This document shows, in pieces, positions 36,901 to 48,500 of a stretch of DNA of 64,000 bases. The position numbers were made by a program, and so were the translations under genes. Origin of the DNA: Vitrella brassicaformis CCMP3155 (taxonomy: Eukaryota; Protista; Chromerida); contig CDMY01000954.1 of NCBI GenBank assembly GCA_001179505.1, positions 1-64,000 of the forward strand. Direction: 5' to 3'. The notes under the pieces were generated by a model that was not told where the DNA came from, searched no databases, and saw only the letters and a program-made list of their open reading frames with translations. The stretch's first letter is position 1; the number at the start of each line of letters is the position of its first letter.

Positions 36901-39627
36901 GGCAAGTGCGTGTGGGACTGGGCCACGGAGGATAACATGGAGCCAAGGGAGGCCTCCGTGCAGTGCTCTGACGGACTGTGGACGCGACCTGACATCATGT
37001 GCAGACGTAAGTACGCTACGCGAGCAAGATCCTATCCTATTTATCTGTAGCGAGCTGTCAAGTTTCTCTCACCCACACAGAGACAGACAGACACACCATG
37101 TAATTATTATATGTAAGTGTGCCCTTTTCTCTCTCTATCTCTCTGTTGCGTTGCTGAACCCGATCCATCTCCCCCCCAGCGATGTGTGAGGCTCTCGGCC
37201 CCGAACACGAGCTCTTGTGGCAGGGTTCAGCCAAGTACATGACGAGCAAGAACAAGCCGGGCAAGCTGGAGGGCCGCAAGGGCGAGAGCGGGGCGCAGAT
37301 GATCTACCCGGGTTACTGGGCCAACATTCGGTGTGCCCCGGGTTACCTGCCGGAGCCCTTCCAAGGTACCGACTTCAGGAGGGACTGGAACAACCGGCCG
37401 CAGGCCAGGGCCGTATGCCACAACGGATATTTCACACATGTCCCATTCGAATGCATCAGTCAGTAGGGAGACAGACACTGAGGACGCACAGGCAGACAGA
37501 CAGACAGACAGACGTACCTGGCTGCATGCCTTGTGTGTGCACACCCTCCTTGATTGCAGAGCAGTGCCCGACTCCCGTGGATCACTGGGAGCCCGACGCG
37601 CGTGTGCGTGCGGTGGCGGTGCGGCAGCCCACCAGCAACCCCCCCAAGATCAGCGGGCTGGTGAAGTCCAGCCCTTGGGTGGTGCGGCACGGGCAGTCCT
37701 TCTACACCTACTGCTGGAGCGGGTCCAAGGCGGCACCCGGGCGGAAGCAGCGGCTGGAGGGGGACGTCTCCTACTACCAGCGGTGGCGCGGCCAGTGCTA
37801 TTTTGGATGCAAAACCACCTTCTACAGGCGCAAGTATAAGTGGACCTGGAACCTCAAACACAACTTGATGGACTATAACGCTGCTGGTCGGTGTGTGGGA
37901 GGGAGGGAGGGAGGGAGGGAGAGAGGGCGAGAGGGGGGGAGGGAGGGAGGGAGGGAGGGAGAGACACATGCACACAGGCAGGCCCGTGTATGTATGTTTG
38001 TGTATATGTGTGTTGGGCGGGTCACTGATGGTTTGATGGGTTCGTTGGTTGGTTGGTTCAGGCGACGCCCCCGACGATATGAAGAAGTATCAGTGTTTCT
38101 ACGGCAAGTGGGTGGGCAAGGACCCCCCCATGGTCTGTATACAGCTCGTCAGACTTCACGAGATGTGCATCGACGGCGGCACGTCGGTCCATGTAGCGGG
38201 CCGGTCCTCGCCAGTGGCCCTTCGGCACGTCAGAGTGGGCGACCGGGTCCTCTCATGGCGGCCGGCAGCACGGGGCGGCAAGGGACAACTCACATATGCC
38301 GAGGTCTACTTCAGGCAAAGCTATGGCAAGAAGTGGACATTCACCACGACCATCACGTTCGCCCGGCGGGACGGCAAGGCCCCTCTGCGTCTCTCCCCCA
38401 CACACAGGCTGCCCATCTGCCGCATGCTCACACGGAGAAAAGCCCGGAATCGGCCAACTTATGATCTGTTGTCGTGGATGATGGGTGGAGGATGGCGACA
38501 TCGACAATGTGCTGAAATGCTGGCGGGTATGGGTGTAGATGTGTCCTCCAGTGGGTCGTCGACGGTGTCATGGTCTGTGGAGTGGCTGGTGGTTGCTGCT
38601 AAGGACGTCCGGCGGGGGGATTGGCTGATGGTCTATGATAAAGGTGGAAACGCCACTCATATGCAGCTGAGCCAAGTGCTGGAGGCCCACACCTCCATTG
38701 AGGTACACACACACACACGTCTGGCTGGGCTGGCTGGCAACAGCACGCACAGACCAGACCAGACCATGCCTCCTCCCTCCATTGAGTGATCCATTCATTG
38801 TGTGCGGTGCATATGTGTGTGTGTGTCCACCAGCATCGTGCAATGGAGCTGGTATACACCACCACGGGGTATCTCGTTGGCGGGGGTGCGTTGGTCACCG
38901 ATGCCGACGAGCCACTCGACGAGTACCTCCCGTGGACACAGCTAACCAACCTCGATACACGGCTGGTCTACGCCCTATTTGGCCCCGACGCCGTCCAATC
39001 TGACCTTTTCCAGACATTCTGGCGGTCAGCGAGACAACACACACATACACACACACACACACACGTGTGCGCGGAAGACAGCACCGGAGGATTTCTGCTG
39101 TGAGTGGTGGTTCTTTGTTTTGTGTTCAGGTCGACGGGCCATTTGTTGACGGGCTTCCAGAGGTATGCGGAGAGGTGGTTTGCTGCCGCTCGCAGCCTGG
39201 CCTGGTCATTTTTGCTGCTGCCGCTGAGCTAGCCATGTCATTTTTGCCAGCTAGGGCTTTATCGACTACTGATGTGTGTGGTGTGATTATGTGTGTTGTG
39301 ACGTCCTATAGGACATTCGTCAGTCACTGTGCGTGTGGGCGTCGTCGTCTGCGTGGCGTGGCACTGCATCGATCGCATCGCACGCTGTGATGGTGTTTGG
39401 ACATGCGTCTGTCAGTATCATCATGGACATATATTTGTCTCACTCAGTTCATGGATCTCTATGTGTCTGCCTACTGGTGGGATCCCCACCACCTGGCCAT
39501 GGATGCTCTCGTCCCTGCAGTGCACCCCGGTTCCGCTTGCGCACTCTGCAAGCAACGTCGAGGTGTACTGTACTGCATACCGTACCGACACAGCCAAGTG
39601 GGGGAACAAACCAGCGAAGGCACATGA
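27952..39627 (+). CDS. Giant secreted protein: signal peptide, LamG-like domain, CGNG-x-EECD Cys knot (DUF4215-like), about 22 Sushi/CCP-like modules, C-terminal Hedgehog-type Hint domain plus tail
   Basis: Exons spliced by hand are in phase from ATG 27952 to the Hint exons. Repeated C...C...C-x-x-G-x-W...C modules. Hint begins CIDGGTSVHV at 38166. One in-frame TAG at 34732-34734 and one gap at 33055-33354. The 3' exons after 39014 and the stop at 39625-39627 are tentative. Confidence 0.85.
33055..33354. other. Assembly gap (300 N) inside the Sushi-Hog gene
   Basis: Ns in the sequence; the gap interrupts a Sushi exon. Confidence 1.
38166..38905 (+). other. Hedgehog-type Hint (Hog) autoprocessing domain
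   Basis: N-terminal CIDGGTSVHV, VRVGDRVLS, block-B-like LRLSPTHRL, VAAKDVRRGDWL, and C-terminal LVYTTTGYLVGGGALVT. One intron (donor after 38702, acceptor before 38834). Confidence 0.85.
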
Positions 39628-39649
39628 ACATCTGACGCACACACACTTG

Positions 39650-42600
39650 TCAGCTCTGTCCTGTCCGCCCTCCCTCCCTGCTGCTCTGCCTGTCCCTGTC
39701 TCTTCTGCGCTCTCGATTCCCCTTCCCACTCCCACTCCCACCACGGTGGCCACCACTGACTATGGCCGCAGACGGCCTCTGTGTCCCTCCTGCTGCTGCT
39801 GCTGCTGCTGTTGGTGCTGGTGCTGATGCAGGCGGCGTGGTCAGTTGTTTCGGGTTGGCGCTGTCAGGCCGTGGGGGCATGTCGGAGAGCGGCAGGCGCT
39901 GCTCGTCGGCTGACGGCTCGATCTCTGTCGCCTCGTAGAACCAGGGGGAACCTTCCTTCTCAGCCTACATGCAGCCAACGCACACACCACCACACACCTG
40001 ATTGATTGACTGACTGGCTGGACACGTGTGTGCGCGCGGGTGGGGGTGGGTGTGCGTGTGGACACCTCTTTCCGCTTCTGCGAGGCGATCAGGTTGCTGA
40101 GATGGGGGTTGTCCAAGCCGACCTACACCCACACAACACGAGACGCATGCTCACACACCGACCCACACCTACCTTGACAAAGGCCTGAGCGACGCTCTCG
40201 AGTTGGTAGGGCGTGAAGCGGTCGACGTGGCGCGAGATGTGCAGCCCGAAGGCCTCGAACAGCTGCCTGTCCGGCAGGTCGAAGTGTGCGAAGGCCTTGA
40301 GTACGTCTGCAGCGTCGTGTGCGTTGTAGCCCTTGACGTGGCGCCTGGCGAACACCGACAGGGCCGTCAACAGACGGGTGTCGGGATGGTCCACCTGCAG
40401 CCAGCCATGAGAGACCAGAACAGATGATATATTGAGATTGCGGATCTGTGGGTCACTTACTGCAGCATATGCCGTGGCGATCTGCGAGACTGCCCGCGGC
40501 GAGAAGCTGCCGCCACCCAGCCGCTTCCGCACCAGCTACACACCACACACAGGAGGAGTGCCTTCGTGTGATTCACGGTAAGGTCGGGCTGCTTACGTCG
40601 GCTGCTTTGAGGAAAAGGCCTTTCCTCCACTTGGGTTCTGACTTGAGCCTCGCCGTGGCCAACAGGATCTGGGCCACATCCTCCCCCGTGAAGGTATCCA
40701 ACCTGCACACAACCAGCCCAGCCACACACACGTGTCACCAGAGAGTGCGTGTGTGGGTGGCTGGATGTGGCATAGCACACACACTTGGCTTGGATGGTGG
40801 AGGCGAGTGCGGCCCAGACGTCAGTCATGTGGTCCGTCTGCAGGACGCTGGCCGCCTGCACACACACATAGATAGACATCCCAGGCAGGCAGGCAGGGAG
40901 GCAGTGTGTGGTGAGAGATGTCCTCTATCTATAGCTGACTGACCGTGGCGATGTTGCAGACGCTCCTGGGAATGAGTGCATCTCTGTCGAGCAGCACCTT
41001 GACCTGACGCATCAACGCCTCAATCAAAGAGGGGGGAGTCGTCACCTTCAGACGCGCCAAAGCTGACGGATCCACACACACAAACACAGACTTTGGTTTC
41101 CCCATCCAATCCATATGTGTGTGTTGTGTTGTGGCTGACGCTTAGCTTACCGGTCATGCAGATGGACACATCAGTGGGGATCATGTCTTTGCACATCGTG
41201 GGCAGGTGCTGCTCGCACAGCGCCACCATAGTGCTGTTCTTGTGGTGCAGCTTCCCGTAGGCACTCAGCACGCTCGGGAAGAAATTGACGCTCGCCTCAC
41301 CCCTACACACACACACACACACACACACACGGACAACGGATTCTGGTCTGGTGTGCAGTCCTTTCTTTCTCTATGCCTGTGTCTGTTTGATGTCTTGCCT
41401 GTCAGAGAACGTCTTGAACCTCTCAGCGAGTGCGTCGAGCAGCCGGACGTCCTTGACGCCCCAACGGTCGTAGGCAAACGCTTCACACACATCATCATCA
41501 TCATAGCTGTCTTCCCGTCCCGCGTCATTGATTGGCCAGCTTACTGGTCATAGCGACTTGCTGCTGTGTGAGGTCCGGGGCCACCTGCTCGATCCGCCGC
41601 GCAATGACATCGGCAAACTCAATGTCCAGGAAATTCGCACGCCCACACGCATTGCCTGCCACATCCATCCATCCATCCACTCACACAGAGGGGAGGGGCG
41701 TCTATATGTGTGTGAGATCTGTGTGTACCGACCGATGTTGACGACATCGATGGTGTTGAGCTGGTCAAAGATGAGCTTGGCGCGGGCAATGAGGGTGTCG
41801 AAGAGATGGTCGGGGAAATAACGCAGCCGGGAACAGGCATTCACTGACCACACAACCACCCACCCGCACACGCACACGCACACACACACACACACAGAGA
41901 CTCTGTCTGTCTGCGTCCGTCCCCCGTTTGTTTGTGTGCAAGTGCGTGTGTGTGTACGTGTGTGTGCGATGTCGCGCCCCGAGGCCCTGTCTGCCATGGC
42001 GATGGACTCCTGCGTCAACAGGTCCAGCAGCTTCTCGTGACGGTACTCAGCCTACCTCCGCAGTAGACGCCACACACATCACACCCATCACATCACGTGC
42101 CGCATTCACCCAACACATGAAGGATAGATAGCTTGTTGGCTGGCTCTGGCTCATTCATCTATGCTATGGACCCCCCACGTACCTAACCTACCTGTGCCAG
42201 AGCGTTGAATATGAGGGCGATGTCCCACGCGTCGGCGTCAACCAGATACTGACCACAGACAGCAACACACACAGCTCTGGCCAACTGCATGCACACCCTC
42301 CATTCTGTCTGCCTGCCTGCCTGCCTGCCCCACTCACCGGTGCGGTTTTGTCGCAGAATTCGCTCCACCACCGTCTGTCGCCAAACTTGACTTTCGCGGC
42401 GTGGTTGGCGACCATTGCGATCTCGGTGGCCCGGAGGATGGGCAGGAGCGACAGCGCCACCCAGGCATGCGCCTTGACCTTGTCAGCCTCGCCCCTCTCG
42501 TGGATGGCGTGGAACTCCTTGGCCCAGTAACTCACCTCACTCGGCGGCGGCACCTGCAGTGACGACTGATCTTCTTGTTGGGGGACATGCTGACGGGCTG

Positions 42601-42766
42601 CGGGGGAGTTTGGTGGACGGGCGGCTGCCGGTGCATCTGCTGCAGTGGCTGCCTGGCCGGCTGCGTGGCTCAGTGAGCGGATGTGGCCTCTCCTGTGGTG
42701 TTTGGGAGGCGGCAGGGGGAGGGATGAAAGGGAACTTCGCACACAGCGAGGCATCCAAGTCGCCAT
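39650..42766 (-). CDS. Organelle-targeted alpha-helical repeat protein (heptatricopeptide/OPR/FASTK-like, 37-39 aa repeats), probable RNA-binding protein
   Basis: Arg/Ser-rich leader MATWMPRCVRSSLSSL. Tandem repeats FSPRAVSQIATAYAAV..., YNAHDAADVLKAFAHF...DRQLFEAF, FTPYQLESVAQAFVKVG, AWDIALIFNALAQVG spaced 37-39 aa. About 14 exons. TGA at 39650-39652. Confidence 0.75.
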
Positions 42767-42817
42767 GCTGCTCGATGAGCCAGAGGCGGTCTCTCAAGGC
42801 ATCCAGGCGGGGAGATC

Positions 42818-42836
42818 TGCGAGCTCTCAGCTCGCA
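42818..42836. promoter_or_regulatory. Palindromic double motif TGCGAGCT-CTC-AGCTCGCA in the HPR/HERC divergent intergenic region
   Basis: Two inverted TGCGAGCT half-sites; the minus-strand copy reads TGCGAGCTGAG. Confidence 0.55.
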
Positions 42837-42955
42837 AGGATAAGGGGAGCTGTGACGGGCTCGTTTGGAAGCGATTGGGGTACCTGACACGCCCTTGGCC
42901 TGTTGGGCTAACCAGAACTCCTTTACTCGACCAATTGATTCATCGTTACTCATCG

Positions 42956-45531
42956 ATGGAGCCCGACGGCACTTCTCTGGCCCGCACGGTATCCCACCAC
43001 CCCACCTACCCCCCTCCCCGCCCTCCCAACCAGGACACCGTAAGCCGTGCGGCGCCGCAAGCGCCTCAGAACGAGCGATCCCAGAGCAACATCAGCCAGA
43101 TCAGCGAGGCATTAAGGGACGAGAACTTCTTCAACTTCACCGACGGGAGCTTCGTGTGGACCTTTGGGGATAACTACTGCGGCCAAGTGCTCAATGAGGG
43201 GACAGGTGCGGTGCCAGTGGCATGTGGCAGTTTCGATGGACGGATGGACGGATGGACGGATGTGTGTCTGTGTGTGTGTTAAGAGCCGGTTCGGCAGCCT
43301 GTGTTGCTGACCAAGCTACGGAAGCAGCGGATACTCAAGGTGGCGTGCGGCTTCGAAACCACATGGATCATCGGCGACAACGGAGGTACGCCACCCAACC
43401 GACGCGCCAACCGACCAAGGCACTCTCCCTCTCTGCGTGCCTGTGTTGGCCTGTTGTGTGTGTGTGTGTGTGTGTGGTTCAGATGTGTGGGCAGGCGGCA
43501 GCAACGACAGCGGTCAGGTGACGGGTCTGATGGATGACGAATACGACATGGCCGAGCAGGACGAGGCCATGCAACCAACAGAGGGACCACCCACTGGAGA
43601 GAACGACAACAAGCGGCCCAGGTCCGCACCCACAACGTCGCGGGGCGCACCCGACTCCATCAATCACGCCAAGCGGCTCGAGCTTAGGGTGGGTGGGCAA
43701 TGGGCAGGCAACGAATTGGAGTGAGCCCGTGTGATTGAGAGGTGTGATGGTCTGTGTGTTGTGGCCCGCCTATCTGTCAGGAGAATCAGAAGGTGCGGAC
43801 GTTGCAGAGTGGGCGGGACCACACCGTGGCCGTGCTCGACTCGGGAGGTACACATGCGTGCCGACACTCCAACAAATGCATCCTGAGATGAGATGGCACG
43901 TGCCGTCGTCCTTGTTCCATCCAGTCGCCCTGTCTTTTGGCTCCAACGAGTTCGGCCAGCTGGGTCACGGCACGCCGCCCAGCATACAAAGGTCCGTCAA
44001 TGGCCGACACGTACACACCATGACTGTACACTCTGATGGATGGACCGATCGACCTGTGTGTGTTGCATCCATGTGTAGGTGCAAGGCTGGAGTGATGCGT
44101 GTGTCGCCTGGTTCAAAGGTGCAGTCGGTGGCATGTGGCCAGGGCTTCACCATTGTGCTGATGGCGACGGGGCAGCTGCTGAGCTGCGGCGACGGGGGCC
44201 AAGGATGCCTCGGACACGGAAGCCTCGAAAGCAGGTACGTCACGATGACCACATGCAGAGAGAGATGTGCTTGTCTAAGTCTCTTACCTCCCACCCCACA
44301 GGAGCGCCCTTGGTCCGATTCCTACATTGATGGGCATGCCGATGAACCAGGTGGCGTGTGGCGTCAACCACTGCATGGCGCTGAGCATCACTGGGGAGGC
44401 CTATGGGTGGGGGAAATGCCGAGACGGACAGCTGGGCCTGGGCGACACTGTCAGCGACGACAAGAAGCTCGTGCCGTGCCGGGTGCCGATCGAAAGGGCC
44501 AAGTACGTCGCCTGTGGGGGCGCTCACAGCGCCATTATCGCGCGCAAAGGACGGTGAGCGAAAGAGACAAGGGCAGAGGGTTGCTGTGTCTACTTTCTTT
44601 TCATGAGCCCCTCTCTCTCTGTTGGCTGCCGTGAAGGCTTCTGATGACGGGCAGCAACAAGTACGGCCAGCTCGGTGCACCAACAGGTTGGTACATACCT
44701 CCCTCCCTCCCTCCCTCCTTACACAAGCACACCACCCGAAGGAACGAAGCACCATCCTCCCTCCCTCCCTCCCTGTCTGTGTCTGTGTCTGTGTGCAGGT
44801 TTGGTTGAGGACCGTCGCGAGTTCGCCCCTGTAGAGGCGTTGGCTGAGATGAAGATCCGCATTGCCCAGCTGGGGCTGCGGCACACACTCTGCATCACCT
44901 ACATGGGCACACTGCTGGCATTCGGATGCAACCAACACGGGCAACTCGGCATCGGTCTGACAGACAGACAGACAGACAGACAGACACGAAAAGAGAAAAG
45001 ACCAATCAATTCAGCTCTCTGCTATGCCATCCGTTGCTGCGTGTGTGTGGCCTACAGGTTCTGATGAAGCGTTGGTGTGTCAGCCGACGGAGATCACATT
45101 CAAAGGTACCTAGCCCTCCCACCGACGGACGGGTCATGCGTCCGTCGTCTCGGATGAGGATCTCTCCTCCCCTCTCTGTGCTGTGCGAAGATGTGCCCCA
45201 CCAGCGGCAGTTCTTCTTCTCCCTCTCGTCGGGTCAGGACCATGCCATCGCCGTCGCAACCAGCGACCCGCCGCTGCGCGTCAAAAAGGGTGGGTACACA
45301 CACGCACACACACACACACACACAGAGAGAGAGAGGGCATCTGGGCAGCAGCAGACATGTGTGATGCGATGTGATGTGTAAGTTAGGTTCGGGTACACGT
45401 GAGATCGACGAGTGGTTGGCCAAGGAGAGGAGCATGATCCGCACTTTCTCCGACTACCGCAACGAGAAGGGCCTGCGGCTGTCGGACTTCCCCCGATACG
45501 TTTCCTCAGACCTCTCACCCATGAGGAAGGT

Positions 45532-45577
<46 letters not shown>

Positions 45578-48500
45578 ACCAGTCGCCGACCAAGGCACGG
45601 CACAGAGGAACAACACAAACACGTATCGGTTGTGTGCAGGCACTGAGGGCGTTCGCGTCGAGCGTCGAGTCTGGCACTGGTGGGTGGCTGGCTCGGGGCA
45701 TCCATATTATAAACGTTTGTGTGGATCCACCTACCTACCTATCTCTGTGTGTGTGTGTGCAGGTGTGACGGCTCAGGAGCTGCGAGAGGTCATCGACGCC
45801 CACTCCCTTGACATCATCCCACTCAAACACCAACTCCACGTCATCCTCGTAATCATAACACACCCACACCACACCCACACCCCCAAGCACGCCGCCACCT
45901 GCCTGCAGTGTGCAGTGCACTCACTCTCCCGCCCCTCTGTCGTGTCCCAGGCCGATGTGCACACGATGAACGCCTCATTCCTTGTCGGAGGTCAGTGAGC
46001 ATACACACAGACAGACACACACACAGGCAGAAACGACGCAGTAGCTAAAGAGCACCAGTCGATGTGTGTCTTGTTTGTGCACAGTGAAGCGAAAGCTGTT
46101 TGACGCTGAGGGTCTGGAGAGCGCCTACAGACAGCTGTTCGCACTCTCGCAGATCGCCGACATCATTCCAGAACTCATCTCGCACTTCGAAAAGGCACAA
46201 AACACAACAGAACGCAATCATACTCAACAGACACATGGATGGATGGATGGATGGCTGCAGTGTCTGATGTCGGTGGCCACCTACGAGAAGGAGCTCCGCA
46301 CCAGCGACCAACTCCGCTTCATCATGGAAAGCAACCCAAGAGAGAGAGAGAGAGAGAGGCAAAACGACCGAGCCATCCAGAAACACGCCCCGTGTGTTAT
46401 GTGTGTGTGTGCGCGCGGATGTCTGCAGATCATTCTGCAGTGTCCGCTGTTTTCGGTGCCGACGAGCCTGACAGTGCCGCTGATGGCCAAGCTGGCCGAG
46501 GTGACGTTCAAGCTCAGCCAGAGGGGCAAGGAGACACTCGTGCGCATGGCCAAGGAAGACACCACGGTCAGTCTGTGCACCCACTGACTTAGGGAGGGAG
46601 GGAGCGAGGGAGGGGGAGGGACAGAGAGCGGGCTTGGCACACATGAATGTCATCCTCTCCGTGTTGTGTGGTGTTTTGATTTGTTCAGCCTGAGGTGTTT
46701 GGTGGTCGTCTGGTGGCCCACGTGGTGGCGTACCTCAACCACCAGATCGAGCACCACACACCCCACTACAGGCAGCTCGAGCGAATCTGGTATGTATACG
46801 TGGAACGAAGAGACAGATACCTACGGATGGACATCAATCACATCTGCGCTCCATCCACTCACTCCACGTGGGTGTCTGTCGTTTGCGTGTGGTGTGCATG
46901 TCATGTGTGGCCACCTAGGCATGCGGTGCATCTGCTTCAGCTCTTGTACTTGGCCAATTGGGAGTGCGCCAAGGAGAGAAAGGTCGACGAAAACGGAGGT
47001 AGGTGAGGTCAGTCAGTCAGTGCATCCCTCCCTCGCCGACAGGCCCGACAGACAGACCCAACACACCACCACACCACACACATCACATAGCTCAGTCAGC
47101 TCGCCTCCCTATGTTATGTTTCCCTTTGTGTGTGCAGCGTCTCGTGACTTCCGCATTCCGCTGCAGCGGTTCCACCTGGACGGCATCACGCGCTTCATCG
47201 ACGTGGTGTCTGAGTGCAAGATGTTCTACGAACTGTTCCGCGACCCCAAGCACCAGGACCAGGAGGGCCACCGGCTGGCCTGGCGGCCCCAACAGGTCCT
47301 CACCGTCTCGCAGCTCAACCACTCCAACACCTTCTTCCTGGCGCACCACAACCTCTGCCCCTTGCCGTACAAGCGGAAGGCGCTGCGGGTGGAGGCCGGG
47401 CGATATCAGGAGGAGTACATGGTGCGGTCGCTCATACAGATGGAGATTCCCTACTTCGTCGTCACCGTGCAGAGAGACAACCTCCTCAACGTACAGACAG
47501 GCGGCAGACGCCCACACACACACACACGTGTGTGCAGTAGAGTGACGGTGCGAGTGTGTGTCGTGTCGTTGTGTGCAGACGGCTTTGGCGCGCATAATGA
47601 GCGTGGCTCAGGGTTCGCCCCACGAGTTCATCAAGCCGCTCAAGATCAAGTTTGAGAACGAGGAGGGCGTCGACGAGGGCGGCGTGCTGCGCGAGTTCTA
47701 CCGGCTCATCACCCAGGAGGTCCTCAACCCGGACTTCGGCATGTTCGTATACAACGAACAGATACGCACCATCTGGTTCAACAGGTCAGACAGACAACCC
47801 AACACACTTTCGCGCCGCGCCGCGCCGCACGGGGGAGGGCACCCTTATCTATGTATCTGTTGGGCTGGTGTTGGTGTGCCCGTGTGCTGGCTGTATGGGT
47901 GCAGGTTGTCTCTTGACGACAACCTGTCGATGTTTGCCTTTGTCGGCATCCTCCTGGGGCTGGCGCTATACAACAGTGAGTGCAGTGAGCCACATGACAC
48001 AGACGGAAGGAACACCTGACATGACTGACACACAACACACTCCCTCAGCACACTCACTGCAGTCATCCAAGAGTGCGTGGCTGTCCCCGTCTGTTTGTGT
48101 CCCCCGCATATATATCAGATGTGTTGTTGGAGCTGCCCTTCCCTCTCGCCCTCTACAAGCTGCTGCAGCACGAACCCATCGGTACGTGCCCTTTGAGACA
48201 CACACTGCGGCGGCGCACGAGACCGCCACACCCATGGTCGTCCCATCGATGGGTGTTCTATCTGAGTCGCTCAGGTCTTGAGGACTTGGCGGATACCTTC
48301 CCCGACCAGGCGCACAGCTTCGTGAGCGGACCTGATTGATTGCAGCCATGGGGAAAGAAAGAGAGTGTGTGACTGACTTGTGTGCACTGCACGTTTGTGT
48401 GTGTCTGTAATGGTATGGTTGCAGCAACAAATACTCGACCACCAGCCGGGCGAGGAGGTGAGCAAACGCACGCAGAGAGTATAAGGCCAGGGAAGGCCAG

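Noticed and set aside
38166-38905. Hint domain as a true protein-splicing intein or mobile element
   Set aside because: No terminal (His)-Asn followed by Cys/Ser/Thr and no endonuclease insert. It is C-terminal in a secreted protein and contains a spliceosomal intron, which fits a Hog domain.
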